32,000 bases of DNA, taken from contig DAOUKZ010000058.1 of the NCBI GenBank assembly GCA_034420775.1, forward strand, positions 16,108-48,107. Reading direction: 5' to 3'. Below are positions 15,766-24,155 of the stretch, one piece after another. The DNA comes from Dehalococcoidia bacterium. Lineage in GTDB: Bacteria > Chloroflexota > Dehalococcoidia > SHYB01. How positions within the stretch are numbered: the first letter of the stretch is position 1; every line of letters starts with the position of its first letter. A program made the translations under genes and the position numbers. The notes beneath the pieces were generated by a model. That model was not told where the DNA came from and made no database searches. It worked only from the letters and a program-made list of their open reading frames with translations.

Positions 15766-16773
15766 TCAGTGCCCTCCCTCAGTCCCTCCCACAAGGGGAG
15801 GGAGGTCTAAGGTGACCGCCTCGGGCTCTTTGGCGCCGGGGACCGGGACGCCGTCGGCCTTGAGGGCGTTTTCCATGGCGGCGATGGCGACCTCGATCTG
15901 GTCGTCGTCGGGCTTGCGGGTGGTGAGCTTTTGGAGCGCGACGCCGGGCGCGATCAGCATGCGGGCGACGGCCCAGTCGCCGTGGGCGGCGTTGAAGCGG
16001 ATGATCTCGTAGCTGACCGCCGCGATCACGGGGACGAGCACCACCCGAGACAGGACCAGGAGCCAGAGCTCGGGGCGTCCCAGGAAGGTGAAGGCCAGGA
16101 TCGAGACGATGATGACGATCATCAGGAAGGCGGTCCCGCAGCGGGGGTGCTCCTTGGGGTGCTTGCGGATCGCGTCGACCTGCAGCGGGTCGCCGTGCTC
16201 GTGGGCGGCGATGGTCATGTGCTCGGCACCGTGATAGGCGTAGACGCGGCGCATGTCGGGCATGAAGCCGATCGCCCAGACGTAACCTATGAAGATGACG
16301 AAGCGGAGGCCGCCCTCGACGAGGTTGCTCAGGATGGCGCTCTCGACGACCCGCTCGATGCCAACGGAGGCGAACAGCGGGATGAGGAAGAAGACGACGA
16401 TGGCGATGGCGAGCGCGATGGCGAGCATCAGGGCCTGCGACCAGCCCGACATCTCCTCGTCTTCCTTGCCCTCCTCCTCCATCGCCGCGTTCGCCGAGAA
16501 CATGAGGGCCTTGAGGCCGAGGATGAGCGTTTCGACGAGGACGATGATCCCGCGCACCAGGGGCACGTTGCGCATCGGTCCCGTGTAGAACGACGACAGG
16601 GCCTCGCAGCGCGTGCGCACCTCGCCGTTGGGCCGGCGCACCGCGACGGAGACGGCCTCCCGCCCGCGGATCATGACGCCTTCGATGACCGCCTGGCCGC
16701 CGTAGTTGAAGGGTTTGGGCGGCGCCCCTACGCAAAAGGAGCGAGGCTCGCCCGCTCCTTTCGGTTTCCTCAC
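15766..16773 (-). CDS. DUF1385-family membrane protein (the family often found between rpmE and prfA/prmC)
   Basis: YGGQAVIEGVMIRG near the N-terminus, multiple TM helices, and YHGAEHM and HPRCGT motifs. I chose the GTG at 16773 because the longer ORF (to 16947) overlaps rpmE. Confidence 0.75.
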   Translation of the reverse strand: MRKPKGAGEPRSFCVGAPPKPFNYGGQAVIEGVMIRGREAVSVAVRRPNGEVRTRCEALSSFYTGPMRNVPLVRGIIVLVETLILGLKALMFSANAAMEEEGKEDEEMSGWSQALMLAIALAIAIVVFFLIPLFASVGIERVVESAILSNLVEGGLRFVIFIGYVWAIGFMPDMRRVYAYHGAEHMTIAAHEHGDPLQVDAIRKHPKEHPRCGTAFLMIVIIVSILAFTFLGRPELWLLVLSRVVLVPVIAAVSYEIIRFNAAHGDWAVARMLIAPGVALQKLTTRKPDDDQIEVAIAAMENALKADGVPVPGAKEPEAVTLDLPPLVGGTEGGH

Positions 16774-16790
16774 GATTGTGTCCGCCGCGC

Positions 16791-16991
16791 CTATTGCAGG
16801 CCGTAGCGCCTCTTGAAGCGCTCGACGCGCCCCTCGGTGTCGATGATGCGCTGCTCGCCGGTGAAGTAGGGGTGGCAGGAGCTGCACACCTCGATCTTCA
16901 GCACGGGCTTGGTCGAGCGCGTCTCCCACGACTTGCCGCAGGCGCACTCGACGCGCGCATCGACGTAGTCGGGATGGATGCCGGTCTTCAT
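16791..16991 (-). CDS. rpmE: 50S ribosomal protein L31 (Zn-binding type)
   Basis: [10 protein letters not shown]..., with Cys pairs CAC and [10 protein letters not shown]. 66 aa. Confidence 0.95.
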   Translation of the reverse strand: MKTGIHPDYVDARVECACGKSWETRSTKPVLKIEVCSSCHPYFTGEQRIIDTEGRVERFKRRYGLQ

Positions 16992-17014
16992 GGTCTCTGC
17001 CCTTGGTGGATTCT

Positions 17015-17290
17015 CTAGCCGACGGGGTGGACGCTGACCCTGCGGCGGGTTGGGGTGAAAGGCTCGTACTTCTTGAAGGTGTCGTACTTGACCTTGCCGT
17101 CGATCTTGGCCCAGAGGGTGAAGTCGCTGCCCCGGCGCACGTTCTCGCCCGGGTGAATCTTCGTGCCCCGCTGGCGCACCAGAATGCTGCCGGCGGTGAC
17201 GACCTGCCCGTCGTAGATCTTCACGCCGAGCCGCTGCGACTGGCTGTCGCGGCCGTTCCGGCTGGTTCCCGATCCCTTCTTGTGTGCCAT
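17015..17290 (-). CDS. rpmA: 50S ribosomal protein L27
   Basis: [24 protein letters not shown]... is the canonical L27 N-terminus, with no Firmicute-type propeptide. Confidence 0.95.
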   Translation of the reverse strand: MAHKKGSGTSRNGRDSQSQRLGVKIYDGQVVTAGSILVRQRGTKIHPGENVRRGSDFTLWAKIDGKVKYDTFKKYEPFTPTRRRVSVHPVG

Positions 17291-17305
17291 GAGGTATCCG
17301 CCTCG

Positions 17306-17659
17306 CTAGCTTTTCTCGGCCTTCGCCACGGCGCCGCCCGGGGTCTCGATCTCTTGGATCGAAATCCTGGCGAACCGCTGACGGTGGCCCTTCTTGCGCC
17401 GGTACCGGATCTTCGGCTTGTACTTGAAGACGAGGATCTTCTTCGCCCGGCCTTCCTCTTCCACCTTCGCGACCACGCGCGCGCCGTCGACGTAGGGTGC
17501 GCCCACCGAGACGTCGCCCTCGTGGCTGACCACGAGCACGTCGTCGAAGTTGACGGTGTCGCCGGGCTCGTGGTCCTTCATCCGCTCGACGTCGATGACG
17601 TCGCCGGGGGCCACGCGGTACTGCTTACCGCCGGTCTGGATAATCGCGTAGCTGGACAT
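17306..17659 (-). CDS. rplU: 50S ribosomal protein L21
   Basis: [13 protein letters not shown]...[17 protein letters not shown] is the canonical L21 sequence. Confidence 0.95.
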   Translation of the reverse strand: MSSYAIIQTGGKQYRVAPGDVIDVERMKDHEPGDTVNFDDVLVVSHEGDVSVGAPYVDGARVVAKVEEEGRAKKILVFKYKPKIRYRRKKGHRQRFARISIQEIETPGGAVAKAEKS

Positions 17660-17702
17660 GGAGAGGAAGCTCGTTCAGCCCTTCTAGAACTGCAACCCTT
17701 AG

Positions 17703-17731
17703 ATTCTATCGGCCCCCTGGGGGAGTGTCAA
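17703..17731 (-). promoter_or_regulatory. Near-consensus sigma70-type promoter of the rplU-rpmA-rpmE-DUF1385 operon (TTGACA-N17-TAGAAT on the minus strand)
   Basis: The minus strand reads TTGACA (17731-17726), then the 17-nt spacer CTCCCCCAGGGGGCCGA, then TAGAAT (17708-17703). It lies about 45 nt upstream of the rplU ATG. The spacer contains the palindrome CCCCC-N-GGGGG. Confidence 0.55.
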
Positions 17732-17773
17732 CGGAAGCGGGGGCGGGGTGCCGTAGCGGCTTCAAGTCCTATT

Positions 17774-18238
17774 TCATTCGGGCACGGCCGTTCTCTTGTA
17801 GGTAGCAAGGCGGTCAGCAAGGTTCTGCATTGCTTCCTTTGGTACTTGCCCGTCTTCCAGAAGCAAATCACGGATTCTATCGGCCTTGTCTGATGGGGAG
17901 TCCCACCAATCAAGAAAGGTGAAGGTGAGCCACTCACCAGCTCCTAAGTCGGTGAAGGCAGTCTCGTCTTCCGATAGCATGGAGCGCAGGGTCTCCTCGT
18001 CAAGCCGGATGCCGTACTCCAAACTCAAGAAGGTCAATGCCTCGGAGACGTATTCGATGACACGCTGCCTGCTGTCGTCCGCGACCGAATCACCTCCTGA
18101 TTGCCCCTCGTTGACCGTCTCTCGTGTGCTCCCGTCTCCCGCTTGCAAAATGAGAACAAGGACAATTAGGCCGATCCCTGCCCAGACCCACCATTTGATT
18201 CCCTGCAACCAGTAGAGAAACTCAGATAGCTTATCCAT
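17774..18238 (-). CDS. Hypothetical membrane-anchored protein with an acidic C-terminal domain
   Basis: 154-aa ORF with one N-terminal hydrophobic helix (WWVWAGIGLIVLVLIL) followed by an Asp/Glu-rich soluble region. It is noticeably AT-richer than its neighbours. No family recognised. Confidence 0.5.
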   Translation of the reverse strand: MDKLSEFLYWLQGIKWWVWAGIGLIVLVLILQAGDGSTRETVNEGQSGGDSVADDSRQRVIEYVSEALTFLSLEYGIRLDEETLRSMLSEDETAFTDLGAGEWLTFTFLDWWDSPSDKADRIRDLLLEDGQVPKEAMQNLADRLATYKRTAVPE

Positions 18239-18435
18239 GGGTCTCTGTTGGTCGCCCGTGTCAAACTTCCTGCGGAACCGCGTCTAGGTCCAGTCGATAA
18301 CGCTTCAAACCAAGACTCCACTAGGAAGGCGCCGCCGTCGCCGCAGCGCCATGGCCATCCTCGCGTTGACGCCTTAGCCGCCGCGTCCTTAAGATAACGC
18401 GGCATTCCAAGACCGGTTTCCCAGAAGGAGGCCAG

Positions 18436-19602
18436 GTGTACGACACGAAAGAGCTTAGCGACAAAGCGGCCATCGTCGGCATCGGCGAGACGACGTATTC
18501 GCGCAAGTCGGGGATGAGCAACCTCACCCTGCAGTTGACCGCCTGCATGCGGGCGATCGAGGACGCGGGCATCCAGCCGGGCGACATCGACGGCATCCTG
18601 CCGCAGGCGGCAGGGGCGACGTCGGAGGACATCGCGACGAACCTCGGCGTCAAGGACCTGAAGTTCTCGGCGGCGATCAACATGGGCGGCGCGAGTCCGT
18701 GCGCCGCGCTGCAGAACGGCGTCCTCGCGGTCGCCTCGGGGGTCTGCGACTACGTCCTGCTGGTATCGGGACGGAACGGCTACTCCGGGGCGCGGACGGC
18801 CCAGTCGCTCGCCGCCGGTGGGCTGCAGGGACCGATGCGGGCCATGGGCGAGTTCGAGTACATCTACGGCCTCGTCGCGCCGATGCTGTGGTACGGCCCC
18901 ATGGCGCGGAAGCACATGGAAACCTACGGCACCACCAGCGAGCAGTTCGGCGAGGTCTCCGTCGCCATGCGCAAGCACGCCTCGATGCAGAGCAACGCGC
19001 AGATGAAAGACCCCATCACGCTCGAAGACCACCAGAACTCGCCGATGCTCGCCGACCCGTTCCGGCTGCTGGACTGCTGCCTGCAGACGGACGGCGCGGC
19101 GGCCTGCGTGATCACGCGCGCCGACCGGGCCAAGGACCATCCGCGGAAGCCGGTCTACATCAGCGGCTTCGGCGAGGCCCACCCCGACTCGCCGAGCTCG
19201 ATCACGCAGCGCCCCGACATGACCACCTTCGGCATCGCCAAGCTCGCGCCCCGCGTCTTCGGCATGGCGGGCATCACTCCCCAGGACATCGACGTGGCGC
19301 AGATCTACGACTGCTTCACCTTCACCGTCATCAACCAGCTCGAAGACCTCGGCTTCTGCAAGAAGGGCGAGGGCGGCGGCTTCGTCGAAGGCGGACGGCT
19401 CCAGATCGGCGGCGACCTGCCGGTGAACACCCACGGCGGGTTGCTCTCCCAGGGCCACATCATGGGCATGAACCACGTCATCGAGGGCGCCAAGCAGATC
19501 CGCGGCTCGAGCGACGTGCAGGTCGAGGGCGCCGAGCACTGCCTCGTCAGCGGCTACGGCGACTTCGGCGACGGCGCGCTCGCCATCTTCAGGGGGAACT
19601 GA
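18436..19602 (+). CDS. Thiolase-superfamily protein, SCP-x / lipid-transfer-protein type (second copy)
   Basis: GTG start 5 nt after AAGGAGG. Related to the 5977..7209 product (QIYDCFTFTVINQLEDLGFCKKGEGGGFV...NTHGGLLSQGH). Confidence 0.8.
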   Translation: MYDTKELSDKAAIVGIGETTYSRKSGMSNLTLQLTACMRAIEDAGIQPGDIDGILPQAAGATSEDIATNLGVKDLKFSAAINMGGASPCAALQNGVLAVASGVCDYVLLVSGRNGYSGARTAQSLAAGGLQGPMRAMGEFEYIYGLVAPMLWYGPMARKHMETYGTTSEQFGEVSVAMRKHASMQSNAQMKDPITLEDHQNSPMLADPFRLLDCCLQTDGAAACVITRADRAKDHPRKPVYISGFGEAHPDSPSSITQRPDMTTFGIAKLAPRVFGMAGITPQDIDVAQIYDCFTFTVINQLEDLGFCKKGEGGGFVEGGRLQIGGDLPVNTHGGLLSQGHIMGMNHVIEGAKQIRGSSDVQVEGAEHCLVSGYGDFGDGALAIFRGN

Positions 19603-20027
19603 TGAACCCGACCAATGAGTACAAGAAGCCGATCCCCAGGCCCACGGAGGACACCCAGCCGTTCTGGGACTTCTGCAAGAAGCACGAGCTCCGCTTCCAG
19701 CGGTGCACCGACTGCGGGGTCTTCCGCCACTACCCGCGCCCCCTGTGCTCGGTTTGCCCCTCCTTCAACTTCGAGTGGGTCAAGGTGGCCCCGAAGGCGA
19801 CGGTGCACTCGTGGGTGACCGCCCACCGGCCCTTCCACCCCGGCTTCGCCGACGAGATGCCCCTGTCCATCGTCATCGCCGACGTGGACGAGGCGCCGGG
19901 CGTGCGCCTCATGGGCAACTTCATGGACGGAACCAGCCCGGACGACCTGTCGATCGGCATGCCCGTCGAGGTAGCCTTCGACGACGTCACCGAGGACTGG
20001 ACGCTCCCCAAGTTCAAGCGGACATAG
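19602..20027 (+). CDS. Zn-ribbon/OB-fold protein (DUF35 family), second copy
   Basis: The ATG at 19602 overlaps the thiolase stop (ATGA). FWDF motif and four-Cys ribbon (CTDCGVFRHYPRPLCSVC), followed by an OB-fold region. The long 18699-start ORF is an out-of-frame shadow over the thiolase. Confidence 0.8.
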   Translation: MNPTNEYKKPIPRPTEDTQPFWDFCKKHELRFQRCTDCGVFRHYPRPLCSVCPSFNFEWVKVAPKATVHSWVTAHRPFHPGFADEMPLSIVIADVDEAPGVRLMGNFMDGTSPDDLSIGMPVEVAFDDVTEDWTLPKFKRT

Positions 20028-20046
20028 GCCCCCCACAAAGGGCCGT

Positions 20047-20076
20047 TTGACAGGTGTGGGGAGCCCATGCTAGCTT
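20047..20076 (+). promoter_or_regulatory. Putative promoter of the dxs-hopanoid cluster (TTGACA-N18-TAGCTT)
   Basis: Perfect TTGACA at 20047-20052 and TAGCTT at 20071-20076. It lies about 75 nt upstream of the dxs ATG. Confidence 0.35.
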
Positions 20077-20152
20077 CTACCCTCGTTAGCCGATGTATCC
20101 CGCCAGTTTCGGTGCTTTCCGGCGGGGCGGCCGACGCGGCAAGGAGGTCGAA

Positions 20153-22063
20153 ATGACCAACCTGTTGGAACGGATCGACGCACCGGAAGATCTCAAGCCG
20201 CTCACGCACGACGAGCTCGCCCAAGTAGCCAAGGACGTGCGCGAGACCATCATCTCCGTGATCACCGAGCGCGGGGGGCACCTGGCCTCGAACCTCGGCG
20301 TGGTCGAGCTCACCTTGGCGCTTCACCGCGCGTTCGACAGCCCCGTCGACCGCATCGTGTGGGACACCACCAACCAGTGCTACACGCACAAGCTCGTGAC
20401 GGGACGGCGCGACGAGTTCAAGGACATTCGCCTTGAAGGCGGCCTGTCCGGGTTCGGCGAGCCCAGCGAAAGCGAGCACGACACGCTCGCCGCGGGGCAC
20501 GCCGGCACCGGCCTCTCCATCGCCCTCGGCATCGCGGAGGGCGCCGCCATCCGCAAGGAAGGCTCCTGGACCATCGCGGTCGTCGGCGACGGCGCGATGA
20601 CCTCCGGATCGAGCTTCGAGGCGCTGAACAACATCGCGCACCTCAACCCCGAGCGTCTGGTGATCATCTTCAACGACAACGGGATGTCGATCTCGGAGAA
20701 CGTCGGCTTCCTGACCAACTGGCGCCGGCGCGTGATCAGCCATCCCGAGTACCGCGCGATGATCGACCGCGCCCGGCAGTTCTCGAAACGGCTGCCCACG
20801 GGCGAGGCGCTCTACCGTATCGCCCAGCGTTTCAGGGACGGCCTGGAAGGGTTCATGCTGCCCACGACGTTCTGGACCGAGATGGGCTTTAACTACCTGG
20901 GCCCCGTCGACGGCCACGACTTCCGTCAGCTCGAGCAGACGCTCCAACAGGTCAAGACCTCCAAGGGGTCCGTCTCCCTCGTCCACGTGATCACGCACAA
21001 GGGCCGGGGCTACGAGCCCGCCGAGGTCGACCCCGTCAAGTTCCACCAGCCGAGCTCGCCGCTGGGATCGGGGACGGGCGCGCCCACCTATTCAAAGGTC
21101 TTCGCCCAGACGCTGACCCGGATCATGGGCGACGACAAGTCGGTCGTCGGCATCAGCGCGGCCATGCTGGAGGGGACCGGCCTGGTTGAAGTGCAGGCGG
21201 AGTTCCCCGACCGCGTCTTCGACGTCGGCATCGCCGAGCAGCACGCCGTGAGCATGGCCGCCGGTATGGCCGCGGGCGGGCTGTCGCCCTTCGTTTCCAT
21301 CTACTCGACCTTCCTCCAGCGGGCGTTCGACCAGGTCGTCCACGACGTCTGCCTACAGGACCTGCCCGTGACGATGATCGCGGACCGCGCCGGCATCGTC
21401 GGCGAGGACGGTAAGACGCACCACGGCGCCTTCGACATTTCCTACCTCCGCTGCCTGCCCAACGCCGTCGTCGCCGCCCCCATGGACGAAAACGAGCTGC
21501 AGCACCTGGTCTACACCGCCTACAAGCACGACGGCCCCTTCGCGATCCGCATCGCGCGCGGCCCCGGCGTGGGCGTGCCGCTAGACGAGGAGCTGCGCGA
21601 GCTACCGTTGGGCAAGGGAGCCGCCGTCCGCGAGGGCAGCGACGTCGTCATCTTCGGGCTCGGCAAGTCGGCGCACATGGCGCTGGAGGCCGCGGAACGG
21701 CTCGCCGCCGACGGCATTTCCTGCGCCGTGGTGAACCCCCTCTTCGTCAAACCGCTCGACGTGGACCTGCTCCTGGAATGGGCCCGCCGGGTGCCCCGCA
21801 TCGTGACCGTCGAGGAGAACGTCCTCGCTGGCGGGTTCGGTGCGGCCGTCCTCGAAGAGCTGGCCGCGGCGGGCGTCGAGGACGTCGCCGTGCACCGCAT
21901 CGGCATACCGGACTCCTTCGTCGAGCACGGCACCGCCGACGCCCAGCGCCGCCGGCTGGACCTGGACGCCGAGGGAATCGCCGCGCAGATTCGCGACGTC
22001 TTCTTCAAAGCCCCGCCGAAATCAAAGGCGAAAGCCTCGCGTGAGGCGGCGGCGAGCGGCTAG
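20153..22063 (+). CDS. dxs: 1-deoxy-D-xylulose-5-phosphate synthase (cluster-associated copy, divergent at a catalytic His)
   Basis: ATG 20153 is preceded by AAGGAGG. Full-length colinearity with my recollection of E. coli DXS (GGHLASNLGVVELTLALH, GDGAMTSG, NDNGMSISENVG, GFNYLGPVDGHD, GRGYEPAE, FDVGIAEQHAV, IYSTFLQRAFDQ). Confidence 0.9.
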   Translation: MTNLLERIDAPEDLKPLTHDELAQVAKDVRETIISVITERGGHLASNLGVVELTLALHRAFDSPVDRIVWDTTNQCYTHKLVTGRRDEFKDIRLEGGLSGFGEPSESEHDTLAAGHAGTGLSIALGIAEGAAIRKEGSWTIAVVGDGAMTSGSSFEALNNIAHLNPERLVIIFNDNGMSISENVGFLTNWRRRVISHPEYRAMIDRARQFSKRLPTGEALYRIAQRFRDGLEGFMLPTTFWTEMGFNYLGPVDGHDFRQLEQTLQQVKTSKGSVSLVHVITHKGRGYEPAEVDPVKFHQPSSPLGSGTGAPTYSKVFAQTLTRIMGDDKSVVGISAAMLEGTGLVEVQAEFPDRVFDVGIAEQHAVSMAAGMAAGGLSPFVSIYSTFLQRAFDQVVHDVCLQDLPVTMIADRAGIVGEDGKTHHGAFDISYLRCLPNAVVAAPMDENELQHLVYTAYKHDGPFAIRIARGPGVGVPLDEELRELPLGKGAAVREGSDVVIFGLGKSAHMALEAAERLAADGISCAVVNPLFVKPLDVDLLLEWARRVPRIVTVEENVLAGGFGAAVLEELAAAGVEDVAVHRIGIPDSFVEHGTADAQRRRLDLDAEGIAAQIRDVFFKAPPKSKAKASREAAASG

Positions 22064-22081
22064 GAGGCGACGACGACCGGC

Positions 22082-23116
22082 ATGCCCACCACCATGCGCG
22101 TCCCCGACGTCTTCACCCGCTACCGTCCCGCGGTGGAGGCCGGGCTGCGCAGCGCCCTCGACGAGGACGCCCCGTTGTTCGGCATGCTCCGCTACCACCT
22201 GGGCTGGACCGACGAGTCCGGCGCCCCGATCGAGGCCAACAGCGGCAAAGCGGTCCGCCCCGCGCTCTGTCTGTTCAGCGCCGAGTCGGTCGGCGGCTCG
22301 GTTGAGCAGGCCCTCCCCGCCGCCGTCGCCCTCGAGCTCATCCATAACTTCTCGCTCGTCCACGACGATATCCAGGACGGCGATACCCAGCGCCGCCACC
22401 GCCCCACCGTATGGAGCCTTTGGGGCATCAGCCACGGACTCAACGCCGGGGCCGCGATGAACGTCGCCGGCTACCTCGCCGCCCTGCAGCGGCCCAGCGG
22501 CCTCTCCGCGGAGACCTCCCTGCGCGTTAGCCGCATCCTGACCCACGCCTGCGCCGAGATGATCGCCGGGCAGGTGCTCGACGTCAGCTTCGAGCAGCGC
22601 CCGCGCGTGGGCGTCGACGACTATCTGACCATGATCGGGAAGAAGACCGGCGCGCTGCTCGAGGCCGCGCTCCACATGGGCGCGGTGACCGGTACCGACG
22701 ACGAGGAGACCATCGAGGCGATGCGCTCCCTCGGCCAGGGGCTCGGCCTGCTCTTCCAGGTCCGCGACGACATGCTCGGGGTCTGGGGGAAGGAAGAGGA
22801 CACCGGCAAGCCCAAGGCCAGCGACATCCACCGGCGCAAGAAGTCGCTGCCCATCGTCTACGCGCTCAACGCCGCCGAGGGCGACGCCCGCGAGCGTCTG
22901 CGCCAGGTCTACGATACCGACCGTCCCCTGAACGACGACGACGTCGCCGAGGTGTTCGGCGTTCTCGAAGACCTGAAGGCCGATGCTTTCTGCCGCGACC
23001 TGGCCGAGACGCACGCGGCGCGCAACTACCAGGCGGTGGACTCCATAGAAATCAGTCCCGAGGCCCGCGCCGAGTGCCGCGAGCTGACCCAATTCTTGCT
23101 CGAACGCGACTACTAG
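22082..23116 (+). CDS. Polyprenyl diphosphate synthase (FPP/GGPP synthase family)
   Basis: First Asp-rich motif LVHDDIQDGDTQRRHRPT. Second motif FQVRDDMLGVWG, the DDxxG variant I recall from actinobacterial-type enzymes. GKPKASDI. Confidence 0.85.
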   Translation: MPTTMRVPDVFTRYRPAVEAGLRSALDEDAPLFGMLRYHLGWTDESGAPIEANSGKAVRPALCLFSAESVGGSVEQALPAAVALELIHNFSLVHDDIQDGDTQRRHRPTVWSLWGISHGLNAGAAMNVAGYLAALQRPSGLSAETSLRVSRILTHACAEMIAGQVLDVSFEQRPRVGVDDYLTMIGKKTGALLEAALHMGAVTGTDDEETIEAMRSLGQGLGLLFQVRDDMLGVWGKEEDTGKPKASDIHRRKKSLPIVYALNAAEGDARERLRQVYDTDRPLNDDDVAEVFGVLEDLKADAFCRDLAETHAARNYQAVDSIEISPEARAECRELTQFLLERDY

Positions 23117-23126
23117 GAAGGGAACC

Positions 23127-24146
23127 ATGAGCGTCCCCGCCTCACAGGCCATGGCCGTCACGCTGTACGTCCTCAAGCAGAAGCTGCGGAGGAAGAAGCG
23201 CTATCCGCTCGTGCTCATGCTCGAGCCCCTCTTCCGGTGCAACCTGGCCTGCGCCGGGTGCGGCAAGATCCAGTACCCGCCGCAGCTGTTGAAGAAGAGC
23301 ATGCCCGTCGAGCAGGCGCTCGCCGCCGCCGATGAGTGCGGCGCGCCGATGGTGAGCATCGCCGGCGGCGAGCCCCTGATGCACCCGGAGATCGGCGAGA
23401 TCGCCGCCGGGCTCGTCGAGCGCAAGAAGTACGTTTATCTCTGCACCAACGCGATCCTCCTCCAAGAGCGGCTCGAAGAGGGCATCTTCACCCCCTCGGA
23501 CTACTTCAGTTTCAGCGTGCACCTCGACGGGCTCGAAGAGGACCACGACGAGGCGGTCTGCCGCGATGGGGTCTATGAGCAGGCCGTCGCCGGCGTCCGC
23601 GCCGCCCTCGACCGCGGCTTCCGCGTCACAACGAACACCACGCTGTTCGACAATGCGGACCCGCTGCGCGTCCGCGACTTCTTCGACGAGATGACCGTCC
23701 TGGGCGTCGACGGCATGATGCTCTCGCCGGGGTACAGCTACTCGAAGGCCCCCGACCAGGAGCACTTCCTCCGGCGGGAGCGGACTCACAGCCTCTTCCG
23801 CGACATCCTCAAGGATCGCAAGCGGGAGTGGAGCTTCAACCAGTCGCCGCTCTTCCTGCAGTACCTCATGGGCAAGCAGGACTTCGAGTGCACCCCTTGG
23901 GGGAACCCGCTTTACAACGTCTTCGGGTGGCAGCGCCCCTGCTATCTGCTCCAGGAGGGCTATGCGGCCACGTTCGAGGACCTGATGGACGACACGGGCT
24001 GGGACGAGTACGGGCGGGCCAGCGGCAACCCCAAGTGCCGCGATTGCATGGTGCATTCCGGCTACGAGCCGACGGCGGTGAACGCCATGTTCACGCCGAA
24101 GGGGATGAAGGACGCGGTGGCGGCCATGGTCACCGGCAAGCTGTAG
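23127..24146 (+). CDS. hpnH: Radical-SAM adenosylhopane synthase HpnH
   Basis: LEPLFRCNLACAGCGKIQYP carries the CxxxCxxC radical-SAM cluster motif. Size is about 340 aa, the C-terminal region is typical (NPKCRDCMVHSGYEP), and the gene sits in a hopanoid context. Confidence 0.85.
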   Translation: MSVPASQAMAVTLYVLKQKLRRKKRYPLVLMLEPLFRCNLACAGCGKIQYPPQLLKKSMPVEQALAAADECGAPMVSIAGGEPLMHPEIGEIAAGLVERKKYVYLCTNAILLQERLEEGIFTPSDYFSFSVHLDGLEEDHDEAVCRDGVYEQAVAGVRAALDRGFRVTTNTTLFDNADPLRVRDFFDEMTVLGVDGMMLSPGYSYSKAPDQEHFLRRERTHSLFRDILKDRKREWSFNQSPLFLQYLMGKQDFECTPWGNPLYNVFGWQRPCYLLQEGYAATFEDLMDDTGWDEYGRASGNPKCRDCMVHSGYEPTAVNAMFTPKGMKDAVAAMVTGKL

Positions 24147-24155
24147 GAGCCGTCG

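Noticed and set aside
16774-16947. Upstream extension of the DUF1385 ORF to 16947
   Set aside because: It would overlap almost all of rpmE in another frame. GTG 16773, 17 nt after the rpmE stop, yields a normal-length protein.
18380-18405. Inverted repeat CCGCGT-N10-ACGCGG overlapping a possible -10 upstream of the second thiolase gene, considered as a possible operator
   Set aside because: The arms are only 6 bp in GC-rich sequence and the centre is imperfect. That is too weak to call without comparative data.
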